DNA of 64,000 nt from Candidatus Latescibacterota bacterium (GTDB lineage Bacteria > Latescibacterota > UBA2968 > GCA-2709665), in contig CAXXJS010000040.1 of the NCBI GenBank assembly GCA_963662665.2, positions 192,001 to 256,000 on the forward strand, given 5' to 3'. The notes beneath the pieces were generated by a model, which searched no databases, was not told where the DNA came from, and was given only the letters and a program-made list of their open reading frames with translations. The position numbers and the translations under genes are program-made. Each line of letters starts with the position of its first letter. The first letter of the stretch is position 1. This document shows, piece by piece, positions 1-9,956 of this stretch.

Positions 1-524
1 CGTACGGGATGTCCGCGAAGGAAGCCGGCGTGATGCATGTGCGCAGACACTATGCGCTGTCCGCTTCCGATGGTAAGCAGGTGGATATCGGGTTTGTGGG
101 CGACGTACACCGGGTGAACCCGGAACCGGTTCGACGCGCGTGCGGTAAAGGAACAATTCCGGTAATCGCGCCAATCGGCCTGGGTCCCGACGGCAGGAGT
201 TACAACGTGAACGCGGACACGGCCGCCGGTGAAATCGCACGAACGCTTCAGGCGGAGAAGCTGGTTTTTTTGACAGACGTAAATGGCATTTTGAGAGACA
301 GCGCCGATCCGGAATCCCGGATTTCTACGTTGCACGTAAACGACGTAAAGGGCCTGATTCACGACGGCACGGCAAAGGGAGGGATGATTCCAAAGCTTCA
401 GGCCTGTGTACGTTCGGTGAGAGGGGGCGTGAATAAGACTCACATTATAGATGGACGGGTTCCACACGCGCTGCTGCTCGAAGTCTTCACTCGTGAAGGG
501 ATCGGTACCGAGATTGTTCAATAA
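1..524 (+). CDS. argB: Acetylglutamate kinase, C-terminal part (gene starts before the window)
   Basis: Motifs DIGFVGDV, IPVIAPIG, YNVNADTAA, KLVFLTDV, GGMIPK and HIIDGRVPHALLLEVFT; directly upstream of argD. Confidence 0.95.
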   Translation, partial: YGMSAKEAGVMHVRRHYALSASDGKQVDIGFVGDVHRVNPEPVRRACGKGTIPVIAPIGLGPDGRSYNVNADTAAGEIARTLQAEKLVFLTDVNGILRDSADPESRISTLHVNDVKGLIHDGTAKGGMIPKLQACVRSVRGGVNKTHIIDGRVPHALLLEVFTREGIGTEIVQ

Positions 525-577
525 GGGGAATGCGTGAATTGCGTCGTTTTCAGGCAACCCAGCCAACCGGGGAGTGG

Positions 578-1777
578 ATGATGAATACGAAAGCCATAAT
601 CGATCTTGAGCAAACCTACATTCTTCAGACTTATGGACGACCCGACTTTGTTCTGGAACGGGGAGACGGGGTGCATCTCTTCGACACCGACGGAAAACGG
701 TATCTGGATTTCGTGAGCGGCTTGTCCGTGAATGCGCTGGGATACAACAACCCGGCCATTAGCGATGCAATGACGGAGCAGGCGCGAAAGCTGATCCACG
801 TTTCGAACCTGTACCATACGATTCCCGCGCCTCAGTTGGCCAGAATGCTGTGCGAGCGTTCATTTGCAGATCGTGTATTCTTCTGCAATAGCGGAACGGA
901 GTCCTGGGAAGCCGCTCTGAAGTTTGCGCGGAAGTGGGGGTACAGGAATTTCGAGGACCGCGCGAAGTATAAGTTCATTGCCATGAACAATTCGTTTCAC
1001 GGACGCACAATGGGGTCGGTTTCCACCACGGGACAGCCGAAGTATCACAAGGGTTTCGGACCTATGTTGCCCGGAATTTCATTCGCGGAATTCAACGATC
1101 TCGAGTCGGTGGAGCGACTGGTCGACGCGGAAACCGTGGCGGTGATTCTGGAGCCCCTCCAGGCCGAGGGCGGGATACATTCGGCAGACCCGTCGTTCCT
1201 GGAAGGACTGCGACTGTTGTGCGATGAGATGAAGATGCTGCTGGTCTTCGACGAGATTCAGTCGGGACTCGGCCGGACCGGATCCCTGTTCTGTTACGAA
1301 CACTATGGGGTGACGCCGGACATCATGACGCTTGCGAAGCCGCTCGCCGGCGGACTTCCGATAGGGGCGACGCTGATGAGCCAGGCTGTTGCCGACGCCG
1401 TGGAAGCGAGCGACCACGCGGCTACGTTCGGGGCGCATCCGGTCAGTTGCGCCGTGGGCGTCGAGGTCTTCAAGAAACTCTCGGATCCGGGATTCATCGC
1501 GGCCGTAAGGGCGAAAGGCGACCATCTTAAAGGCCGGCTCAACGCGCTGAAAGACAAGTATCCGGACAAGATCACGGAGGTTCGAGGCATGGGGTTGATC
1601 GCAGGGGCGGTGTTGGCCGACGTTCCGGCCGCGGACGTAATGGGCGAGTTCCGTGAGCGGGGAATCCTGGTGTGCGCAGCCGGACCCGACGTGGTTCGAT
1701 TTCTGCCGCCCCTGGTGATTGAACAGGCAAATATCGACCACGTCCTGGACGTGTTTGAGGAAATCCTGAACGGCTAG
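578..1777 (+). CDS. argD: Acetylornithine aminotransferase
   Basis: Class III PLP motifs FCNSGTE, SFHGRT, DEIQSGLGRTG and TLAKPLAGG; GGAG before ATG 578/581; arg operon context. Confidence 0.93.
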   Translation: MMNTKAIIDLEQTYILQTYGRPDFVLERGDGVHLFDTDGKRYLDFVSGLSVNALGYNNPAISDAMTEQARKLIHVSNLYHTIPAPQLARMLCERSFADRVFFCNSGTESWEAALKFARKWGYRNFEDRAKYKFIAMNNSFHGRTMGSVSTTGQPKYHKGFGPMLPGISFAEFNDLESVERLVDAETVAVILEPLQAEGGIHSADPSFLEGLRLLCDEMKMLLVFDEIQSGLGRTGSLFCYEHYGVTPDIMTLAKPLAGGLPIGATLMSQAVADAVEASDHAATFGAHPVSCAVGVEVFKKLSDPGFIAAVRAKGDHLKGRLNALKDKYPDKITEVRGMGLIAGAVLADVPAADVMGEFRERGILVCAAGPDVVRFLPPLVIEQANIDHVLDVFEEILNG

Positions 1778-1807
1778 TTGGCGGACGATGGGAAAGGAGC
1801 GTCTGTA

Positions 1808-3061
1808 ATGAAATTGGCGGACATTAGGGGTAAGCGGATTGCGCTGGCGGCTTCCGGCGGGCTTGACAGTTGCACGGTTACGCGCTGGATGGCCGACCAG
1901 GGTGTCGAGGTGGTGAGCATCACGGCGGATATCGGGCAGCCGGACGAGGACGATATCGAGGACGTCGGCCGTCGGATGCTGGCCTGCGGCGCCGTGGAAT
2001 CGGTTATCCTGGACCTGAAGGCGGATCTGGCCGAAGAGGCAATCACCATGCTCCTCGCCAATGCCGTCTACGAGGGCGGGTACTGGAACACAACCGCCCT
2101 TGCCCGTCACGTGACCACGCAGGGGATCCTCAAGGAGATGCAGGCGCGCGATATCGACGTACTCGCGCACGGCGCCACGGGCCGCGGGAACGACCAGGTG
2201 CGTATCCAGCTTGTCGCCAATATGCTTTCCCCCGCCGTAGAGGTTTACGCGCCCTGGCGGGACGACGCGTTCCTGGAGCACTTCGGCGGAAGGCGGGAAA
2301 TGATCGCCTACTGCCAGGCACGGAACCTCCCGGTTTCCGCGACGCAGGACAAACCGTATTCGACGGATGCGAATCTTCTGGGGCTTACCCACGAGGCCGG
2401 AAAGCTCGAAGACCTGGACGTGGCGGCAGACTTTATAGAGCCCGGAATGGGCGTTTTTCCGCGGAACGGACCCGACCGCCCGGAGAAGTTTTCCGTGACA
2501 CTGGAGGCGGGTCGCCCCGTACTGATTAACGGGGAACCCGTAGACGCCGTGTCCGCGATCGCCACGGCAAACGAGGTCGCAGGGCGCCATGGCGTGGGCA
2601 TTGGTATCCACACGGTCGAAAACCGTTTTGTGGGCATCAAGTCACGGGGCGTGTACGAGAGCCCGGGGCTCGCCTTGCTGGGCGTCTGCTACCAGTTCCT
2701 GTTGCAGCAGGTGCTGGACCGGAGGGCGCGGCGATTCTACGATACGCTTTCATCCGCGCTTGCCGAACAGATTTATCAGGGGTACTATTTCGACCTTTCG
2801 TCGCAAATGATGCGCGCCGCCATCCAACCGGTAAAGACGTTGGCCGCAGGATCGGTGACGGTCTCGGTTTACAAGGGAACGACAACCTATCAATCCTCCT
2901 CAGCCGTGGCGCATTCGCTGTATTCCTCCGAACTGTCCTCGATGGAAGCGATCGGGGACTACGACCATCGGGATTCGCAGGGATTTCTGAATGTCTTGAG
3001 TGTCAGCGCAAGGGCCTTGAATGCGTCGGGACAGGTGGATGAAGGGCAGCAGGAGAACTGA
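1808..3061 (+). CDS. argG: Argininosuccinate synthase
   Basis: SGGLDS, HGATGRGNDQVR, YSTDANLLG and ENRFVGIKSRGVYESPG; AAGGAG RBS before ATG 1808. Confidence 0.96.
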   Translation: MKLADIRGKRIALAASGGLDSCTVTRWMADQGVEVVSITADIGQPDEDDIEDVGRRMLACGAVESVILDLKADLAEEAITMLLANAVYEGGYWNTTALARHVTTQGILKEMQARDIDVLAHGATGRGNDQVRIQLVANMLSPAVEVYAPWRDDAFLEHFGGRREMIAYCQARNLPVSATQDKPYSTDANLLGLTHEAGKLEDLDVAADFIEPGMGVFPRNGPDRPEKFSVTLEAGRPVLINGEPVDAVSAIATANEVAGRHGVGIGIHTVENRFVGIKSRGVYESPGLALLGVCYQFLLQQVLDRRARRFYDTLSSALAEQIYQGYYFDLSSQMMRAAIQPVKTLAAGSVTVSVYKGTTTYQSSSAVAHSLYSSELSSMEAIGDYDHRDSQGFLNVLSVSARALNASGQVDEGQQEN

Positions 3062-3096
3062 GCGTACCGAAGACGAACGTTGTCGCGGAGAATTCG

Positions 3097-4503
3097 ATGG
3101 ATGGATCTGCAGAAAAATCCTGGTCGGGGCGGTTTGACAAGCCATCGGACAGACTCATGGAACAATTCAACGCGTCCGTCGGGTTCGACAGACGGCTGTA
3201 CAGGGTGGATATCGCCGGAAGCCGGGCGCAGGCGAAAGCGCTCGCGAAGATTGGCATATTGAGCGCAAACGAACTGGATTGTGTCCTGAAGGGCCTGGAA
3301 CAGGTGGAATTGGAGGCCGCCGAAGGACGCCTTGCACTGGGCGAACACCTGGAAGATATCCATATGGCCGTAGAGGCGCGGCTGATCGAGATCGTGGGCG
3401 AGGTGGGCGGCAAGCTCCATACAGGGCGCAGCCGGAACGATCAGGTAGCGCTTGACGAGCGGCTGTATCTGCGGGAGGCGACACGGGACACAGTTACCGG
3501 AATCGACCGGCTTCAGGCTGTTCTCATTGATTCCGCCAACCGGCACATCGACGTATTGATGCCGGGTTATACCCATCTGCAGCAGGGACAGCCCGTGCGC
3601 CTGTCACACTATACGATGGCGTTGTTCTGGATGCTGGAACGAGACCGGGGACGGTTCGCGGCGTGCCTGGAACGGGCGGATGCCATGCCGCTCGGATCGG
3701 GAGCATTTGCGGGCAGCGCCTATCCGATCGATCGGAAATTCCTTGCGATGGAACTGGGATTTTCGCGAATAACCGAAAACAGCATCGACGCCGTAAGCGA
3801 CCGTGACTATCTGCTGGAGTATATGTCCGCCGGCGCAATAATGATGGGACACCTGAGCCGGTTCTGCGAGGATCTGATCGTGTGGTCATCGTCCGAGTTT
3901 CAGTTTGTCGAACTGGACGACGCGTACAGCACGGGATCGAGCATGATGCCGCAGAAAAAAAACCCGGATTCTCTGGAACTGATCCGAGGAAAGACGGGTC
4001 GGGTGTACGGCAATCTGATGTCGCTCCTGACGGTGATGAAGGGATTGCCGCTCACGTATTCGAAAGATCTGCAGGAGGACAAGGAAGCCTTTTTTGATAC
4101 CGTCGATACAATAAATCAGGTGCTGGCGGTGTTTACCGGCGCGTGGGAAACGATGAAGGTCCGGACCGGGCGAATGCGTGAAGCGCTCGACGGCGCCGTA
4201 ATGGCAACGGATCTCGCGGATTATCTGGTGCGGAAGGGGATGCCGTTTCGGGACACCCACAGAATTGTGGGCAGGTTGGTCCGGAAGGCGTTGTCGCAGG
4301 GGCGGCGCCTGGACGAACTGGATCTGGAGACACTCCGGTCCCAGTCCGATCTGATAGGTGCTGATGTAGGTGAATCGCTTTGCGCAAAGGCCAGTGTCAA
4401 CCGGCGGGAACTGGACGGCGGAACCGGTTACCGGGCCGTGCGGGCGCAGATCGACAGCGGGAGACAGATGCTGAGGCGGAGGTCCCGGGGAGCGGAAGCG
4501 TGA
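3097..4503 (+). CDS. argH: Argininosuccinate lyase
   Basis: WSGRF, LHTGRSRNDQ, MPGYTHLQ, GSSMMPQKKNPD and DLQEDKE. Confidence 0.97.
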   Translation: MDGSAEKSWSGRFDKPSDRLMEQFNASVGFDRRLYRVDIAGSRAQAKALAKIGILSANELDCVLKGLEQVELEAAEGRLALGEHLEDIHMAVEARLIEIVGEVGGKLHTGRSRNDQVALDERLYLREATRDTVTGIDRLQAVLIDSANRHIDVLMPGYTHLQQGQPVRLSHYTMALFWMLERDRGRFAACLERADAMPLGSGAFAGSAYPIDRKFLAMELGFSRITENSIDAVSDRDYLLEYMSAGAIMMGHLSRFCEDLIVWSSSEFQFVELDDAYSTGSSMMPQKKNPDSLELIRGKTGRVYGNLMSLLTVMKGLPLTYSKDLQEDKEAFFDTVDTINQVLAVFTGAWETMKVRTGRMREALDGAVMATDLADYLVRKGMPFRDTHRIVGRLVRKALSQGRRLDELDLETLRSQSDLIGADVGESLCAKASVNRRELDGGTGYRAVRAQIDSGRQMLRRRSRGAEA

Positions 4504-5135
4504 AGTCCTTCAGCGAGCGGGACGTGCGGCGTCACTACGACCTCCTGCAGCACCGTCCGGAACTTGGCCTGACGCAATTGAAAGCCATGGACGGAAACCA
4601 TGTAATAGGCATCGGGTTGTTCGATAACGAGGCCGATTTCGTTTCAGAGTGCCGGCGGTACAATGGGCTGGGTACGCTGTACGTGGGTGTGAACCCGAGA
4701 TCAAATCGCCTGATGGAGGATTATGGCGGATTGCAGAACCGCATGCGTACCCTGTTCATGGACGTGGTTGCGGAACGCGATATCGACTTTGTAACCGGAA
4801 TGGCCGCAGGCGATCCGGAAAGGCTCGTCCAACCTCCCCGGAGATTCCTGCGCGACGCTTCTGTGTTTGCGGATTTCGAGGTTTTCTTTCCGCTCGATAA
4901 AGCGATTCCGGTATCCAGCGAATCACAGAAGAAGGTCAGGCGCCAACTGAACACCTGGTTTTATGGGCAGTCAGATACCGAAGGGATCGACCTGATGCAA
5001 TTCGTCCGGGTTGTGGGAACCGCGTTGCCGGACGGTGGATGGCTGAAGCGACGGACGGCGTTCCGGAAATACCGGCCCTATATGATGGATGGTATTACGG
5101 CGGAGATCGTGGATCTGAAGGACGAACCGGGTTAG
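4500..5135 (+). CDS. Hypothetical protein with remote similarity to RepB-like/AEP primase domains, probably inactive
   Basis: GTG start overlaps the argH stop (GTGA); YVGVNPR and D-x3-FVRVVGT resemble primase-like motifs; no clear catalytic motifs. Confidence 0.55.
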   Translation: MKSFSERDVRRHYDLLQHRPELGLTQLKAMDGNHVIGIGLFDNEADFVSECRRYNGLGTLYVGVNPRSNRLMEDYGGLQNRMRTLFMDVVAERDIDFVTGMAAGDPERLVQPPRRFLRDASVFADFEVFFPLDKAIPVSSESQKKVRRQLNTWFYGQSDTEGIDLMQFVRVVGTALPDGGWLKRRTAFRKYRPYMMDGITAEIVDLKDEPG

Positions 5136-5211
5136 CGACGGCGGAGACGGAACTTTGGTTTCGTTGGGGCGTTTACGAGGCAGTGCTATACGTCGGCGAA
5201 CACGAGGCGCG

Positions 5212-5233
5212 CGGGTCAACGACCCGTTTTTTT
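5212..5233 (+). terminator. Intrinsic terminator after the arg operon
   Basis: CGGGTC-aac-GACCCG hairpin followed by T7. Confidence 0.7.
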
Positions 5234-5326
5234 GTTGTCGTAAGGGCCTGGGCGCTTTACCTTCCGAAATCTACCCCTTGCATTGAAGTCGCGCCGGGAA
5301 GTCAACTCACATCCAGGGAGATGGTC

Positions 5327-6381
5327 ATGTTTCGAAAATCAATCGCTTTGTTGTGCGTAAGTTGTCTGCTGTGGACCAGCCTGGTAGGCGCGGGTCACAC
5401 GTGGGCGGCGGAATCCACCGGCGCAAAGGCGGAGAAGGGAGAAAGTGACGGCGAAGAACGCCCGAAAACCACCCGCACGATCGAAGCCCTGGACGACGTG
5501 GGCTGGTCCATCGTGGACCTGAGGCAGATCGAGGGGGATCTCGTGGTGCTCAGCCCGCTCGTGGGCCCGGAAATCGACCTGGTGGAGAGCCACCGGTACT
5601 CTCTCTTCCATGGGCGCAGCGTCTATAACGAAAGGGTTCCCCTGCGGTTGCTCGATATAGCTATCCCCGGCTTGCAGACAGCCACTTTTTTGAAACTTGG
5701 AGAACGCGTGATGGTGAGAATCCGATACCGGTCGGGCTCGGAGATTGCGGACAGAACCATGCCTGTAGGGGATGAGGATGCGCTCAGGCGGCTGCGTGAA
5801 TACGTCGAGCATTTCGACGAAGTCCGGAAGGGCGAATATAAAATCGGATTCGAATCCAATTTACCCGAAGATGCCGAGTATCCCAAATATACCGATCGGG
5901 AGGTCTCCTTCGTAGAACGCCGTACGCGCGCCGGGATAACCCGCCGGCTTCCGGGCGGGGTGGTTCTCAAGAACGGCGAGCGGATCCAGGGACAATTGTT
6001 ACCGGAATTCGATGATGGAACCATACTGGTCCAATCCGGACTCGATGCCGGCGGGTTCCGGTTGAGAATATCGATCGGGTCCTGTTCCTTCGAGGAAATC
6101 GTTCCGCAAAGCTTGGCACCGCTGTCCGAATGGGTGTCGGAGGCGCCGTGTCAGGCGCCATTATGGGTACGCTTGCCGCCTGGCAGACGGACTCTCCGGT
6201 CAAAGAGACAGCCATTCTGTTTGGCGCAATATCGGGCGGAATCGGGTTTCTCACCGGTCTGTTCCGATCGCGAGGCGGTCCTGGAAAACGGGAGTTTGTG
6301 CTGGGTCCTGTGACCGACGGTCGGGACCGCGATAAAGACGGGAAAGACGACAAGGAAAAACGTGAGCCCGGGGGGAAATAG
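5327..6381 (+). CDS. Exported hypothetical protein with a C-terminal glycine-rich hydrophobic segment; frameshift near 6048
   Basis: Signal-peptide-like N-terminus (MFRKSIALLCVSCLLW). Adding one C at 6048-6049 joins ORF 5039-6313 to the 6130-6381 frame (RRVPVENIDRVLF...GVGGAVSGAIMG). Confidence 0.6.
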
Positions 6382-6482
6382 CCCGATTACCCGCCTGGAT
6401 CTCATCTGGCAGCGGCCGAAACGGTCTTGAATGTTGACGGCCGGGGTCCGATTTTCCACAGGCATGCATCAGAGAGGGGACA

Positions 6483-7004
6483 TTGGCAAGGCTATCGTAT
6501 CGGGACGCGCGACCGGAAGTTCACGAAACGGCTTATCTGGCCGCGGGGGCGGTACTGGTCGGGAATGTGTTCATTGAGGCAGAGGCGAGTATCTGGTTCA
6601 ATGCCGTGTTGCGCGGCGACGAGGAGCCGATCAGGATCGGCAACGGGTCCAATATCCAGGATGGATCGGTCCTGCATACCGATCCGGGGTGCCCCTGTAC
6701 CGTTGGTGAGTACGTTACGGTCGGCCACAATGCGATTCTGCACGGTTGTACCATTGGTCGCGGGGCGACAATCGGGATGGGCGCAACGGTGTTGAACCAC
6801 GCACGGGTCGGCGAGGAGGCGCTTGTCGCGGCAAACGCGCTGGTGCTCGAAGGCACGGAGATTCCCGCCCGGTCGCTGGCAGCGGGCGTGCCAGCCAGAG
6901 TAAGACGGGAACTGACGGACGAGGAAGTTTCGAATTTCCGGAAGAATACGGACGGGTACATCCGGAGAAGGGAAGTCTACAAGGGTATTGATTCGAGAGA
7001 TTAG
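6483..7004 (+). CDS. Gamma carbonic anhydrase family protein (YrdA/PaaY-like)
   Basis: AVLRGD, SNIQDGSVLH, VTVGHNAILHGC and hexapeptide repeats. Confidence 0.93.
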   Translation: MARLSYRDARPEVHETAYLAAGAVLVGNVFIEAEASIWFNAVLRGDEEPIRIGNGSNIQDGSVLHTDPGCPCTVGEYVTVGHNAILHGCTIGRGATIGMGATVLNHARVGEEALVAANALVLEGTEIPARSLAAGVPARVRRELTDEEVSNFRKNTDGYIRRREVYKGIDSRD

Positions 7005-7022
7005 CATTGATATTTTCTGCAG

Positions 7023-7063
7023 GCGGGCCCCGTATGTTTCAGGGCGCCCGCGATTTTTTTTTT
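7023..7063 (+). terminator. Intrinsic terminator
   Basis: GCGGGC...GCCCGC stem followed by a T10 tract. Confidence 0.65.
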
Positions 7064-7140
7064 CTAATCGCGGCTTCCCGTTTCTCAGTCGCGACCAAAT
7101 GGGCCGAAGTTAACGCGCGAGCCGGTACGACGATCCAATT

Positions 7141-7161
7141 ACTCCCCCCTTGAGGGGGAGT
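7141..7161. repeat. REP-like palindrome
   Basis: ACTCCCCCCT-TG-AGGGGGAGT near-perfect inverted repeat in intergenic DNA. Confidence 0.5.
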
Positions 7162-7310
7162 CGCAGAAGCCGAGCCGGTCCCCTGATCCCTGCCCGTCGC
7201 CCGGCGGAGGGCCGGCGACGGCTGATGCGGCGGGGGGATTTCGACGCCTTGCCGTTTGCATGTGAGGTCTTGCCTGAGCGCGTCAACCATCCGGGAGAAG
7301 ACGCCTGAAC

Positions 7311-7688
7311 GTGCATCCCATATCCGATATTACCGAGCGGTTTGAGCGGGGCGTCCGCGAGTTCAATGCCGGCGACTTTTATGCCGCTCACGACACGTGG
7401 GAGGACGTCTGGATGGACGTGCGGGGCCCTGAAAGGCCCTTCTTTCAAGGGATGATTCAGGTAGCCGTGGGCTATTACCATCTCACGTGTGAGAATTACG
7501 CGGGCGCTGAACACCTGTTGTCCCGGGGCATCCGAAAGCTGGAGCCGTACAGTCGCGGCCACCGGGGAGTCGATACAAAGGACGTGGTTCGAACCGCGCG
7601 GGCGGCGCTGGCGGAGGTCCTGGAGGTCCGCGCGGGTAGACGGAAGACGTACAGCTCGGAAATTGCGCCGAGTATTCGATGCGCCTGA
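7311..7688 (+). CDS. DUF309 domain protein
   Basis: FNAGDFYAAHDTWEDVW and QGMIQVAVGYYH. Confidence 0.9.
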   Translation: MHPISDITERFERGVREFNAGDFYAAHDTWEDVWMDVRGPERPFFQGMIQVAVGYYHLTCENYAGAEHLLSRGIRKLEPYSRGHRGVDTKDVVRTARAALAEVLEVRAGRRKTYSSEIAPSIRCA

Positions 7689-8188
7689 TCTCCCGGATGA
7701 TGACTAACCTTGATTCGCAATTCTTCGGGGAAGCAAAACCGAATATATGCAAGTAGATAAAGGCGATTTAACTTCTGATTACCAGGATACACCAGGTCAC
7801 TGGACGTGGACTGAAAAAACGTCCTTTTTAACGATCGTTACGCCCCGTTTCAGAGGTTTTCGTCGCGTTGCCGAGTTGCTGTTTTTTTCACATTAAGGCT
7901 AAAACAATAAGGGACCTCCGGCCGTTTTTCTATTTCTCTACATGAAAAATGGCCGTACGCATTGCGGACTGCAAACTGTTCAGGTCGGTCACCGATACCC
8001 TGATACGGCTGAAACCGGGTTTGAGATTGGCTATTGGCGTGTCGCGCGAAGGCCGGAACAGGACAATGTTCATTGACAAGAACGACCGGCTCCCGTAAAT
8101 TGATTCAGGTCTATAAATTGTTATTATTTTGCAACGTAGCCTATGGGTCAGTCGCAAAGGCGACAAGGCGGCGCCAAAGGAGCTTTCA

Positions 8189-8977
8189 ATGCGGTTAGAG
8201 GGAAAGGTCGCCTGGATTACGGGCGGCGGCGCGGGCATTGGCAAGGCCGCCTCCATCCGGTTCGCAAGGGAAGGCGCGAAGGTGGTTCTGCTGGAACTGG
8301 ACCCGGTGCGAGGCGAGGCCGTCGTTGAGTCGATCAACCTGGCCGGCGGCGAGGCCGCGCTGGTTGTGGGCAGCGCTACGGACGAGACGGACGTGGACCG
8401 CGCGGTCGATTTAGCTATGAAAGCGTATGGCGGCCTTGATATTCTGGTAAACAATGCCTATTATTGCCATGGGACGCACGTCCTGGAGATTGATCCCGAA
8501 CTATGGGACAGAAATATCGAAGGATGCCTGAAGAGCGCTTATCTGTGCAGCCGGGCGGCGCTTCCGCGGATGATCGATCGTGGTGGCGGATCCATTGTGA
8601 ACATATCGTCCGTCAACGCGATCATGTCGTTTGGCGAGAGTGCGTACAGCGCGGGGAAGGCAGGCGTCATTTCGCTCACCAGGACAATGGCGGTGGATTA
8701 CGGACCCGAAGGGGTTCGGGTGAACGCAATTTGCCCGGGCACCGTCATTACGGAGGGGTGGCAGCCCGCACTCGAGAAAGACCCGGAATTATTCGAACGC
8801 ATCGCAGAGATCTATCCGCTCAAGCGCGTGGGCAAACCCGAGGAAATCGCGAACGTTGCGCTTTTTCTGGCCTCGGACGAGGCATCTTTCGTGACAGGCG
8901 CGGTTGTCGTGGCCGACGGCGGCGTGACGTCGGGAAATCCCGCATTTCTGGATCACGTGGAGGGTAAACTCCCGTGA
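8189..8977 (+). CDS. SDR family oxidoreductase
   Basis: TGGGAGIG, LVNNA, YSAGK and RVNAICPG; AAGGAG RBS. Confidence 0.95.
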   Translation: MRLEGKVAWITGGGAGIGKAASIRFAREGAKVVLLELDPVRGEAVVESINLAGGEAALVVGSATDETDVDRAVDLAMKAYGGLDILVNNAYYCHGTHVLEIDPELWDRNIEGCLKSAYLCSRAALPRMIDRGGGSIVNISSVNAIMSFGESAYSAGKAGVISLTRTMAVDYGPEGVRVNAICPGTVITEGWQPALEKDPELFERIAEIYPLKRVGKPEEIANVALFLASDEASFVTGAVVVADGGVTSGNPAFLDHVEGKLP

Positions 8978-9897
8978 CCACGATGCTTCGATTGCGGGAT
9001 GGGACCATTTCAGATCCGGATCTCGCGGACCTGATGGCGCATTGTGCCAACGGAGGTGGAGCGGTAGCGCCGCCGGCAATGGAAACCCTCGAAAATCTGC
9101 GCGACGACCAGATTGTGCTGGCGTACGCCGGAACGGCCCCAGTGGGTGTCGGCGTACTCACGTATACGGGCAATGACCGCAACGCGGTGCTGAGTTTCCT
9201 GGGGGTACTCCCCGAATACCGCCGCGGCGGCGTGGGCCGCCGGTTGCTGATGAAGATGGAAGCGGTTGCCGGCGGAAACGGGTGCGAATCTTTGCGTACC
9301 GGCGCGAGCATCGGCAGCGACAACGCGGCCGCAACAGGGTTCCTGGAAGGGACAGGATGGAAGCCCGAGTTCGGCGCGGGGCTGAGGATGTGGCGGGAAC
9401 TTACGGATCTTCCCGAGGCGGAACCACCGGCGGGGTACCGGATCAGGACCTACGAAACCGGCGACGATGCAGCATTTGTACGGATTAAGAATGCGGCCTT
9501 TATGGTCGAAAACGGCGGCGGACGTGCGTGGACCGGGGCGGACTTCGAGAAGGAATATCTGGGCTCACCGTATTTTGAACCCGGGCGGATCCTGTTTGCT
9601 ATTTGCGGCGAAGAACCGGTAGGAACGACCACAGCCTGGACGGCCATGAATCGGGGCAGGGAAGTTGGTCTGATTCACTGGGTCGCTGTGGTTCCGGAAC
9701 ACCGGAAAAAGGGTCTGGGATGGGTGTTGAACGTGCGGGCGCTTCACAAATTGAAAGCGTTGGGGTACGGGGAGGCGATCCTGAACACCAGCGAGTCGCT
9801 GAAATCGGCCGTTCGCCTGTACCGCCGGCTGGGTTTTGAAGTGGTAGTCCGGCGTGCCGTTTACGGCAAAGCGTTGAACGGGCCCCCCAACCCGTAG
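8974..9897 (+). CDS. Tandem-domain GNAT acetyltransferase
   Basis: Two acetyl-CoA motifs (VLPEYRRGGVG, VVPEHRKKGLG) and AVRLYRRLGF; start overlaps the SDR stop. Confidence 0.85.
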   Translation: MTTMLRLRDGTISDPDLADLMAHCANGGGAVAPPAMETLENLRDDQIVLAYAGTAPVGVGVLTYTGNDRNAVLSFLGVLPEYRRGGVGRRLLMKMEAVAGGNGCESLRTGASIGSDNAAATGFLEGTGWKPEFGAGLRMWRELTDLPEAEPPAGYRIRTYETGDDAAFVRIKNAAFMVENGGGRAWTGADFEKEYLGSPYFEPGRILFAICGEEPVGTTTAWTAMNRGREVGLIHWVAVVPEHRKKGLGWVLNVRALHKLKALGYGEAILNTSESLKSAVRLYRRLGFEVVVRRAVYGKALNGPPNP

Positions 9898-9956
9898 TCC
9901 AATTGTTCAACTGGCGTTCGAAGCTTGATGTCTGGCCGGGTGTGAGGATAGTAGAT

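Noticed and set aside
1079-2611. 510-aa antisense ORF, and similar long shadow ORFs (25819-27141, 33792-35225, 37163-38332, 58010-59296)
   Set aside because: They overlap well-supported genes, show no recognisable motifs, and are expected from codon bias in GC-rich DNA
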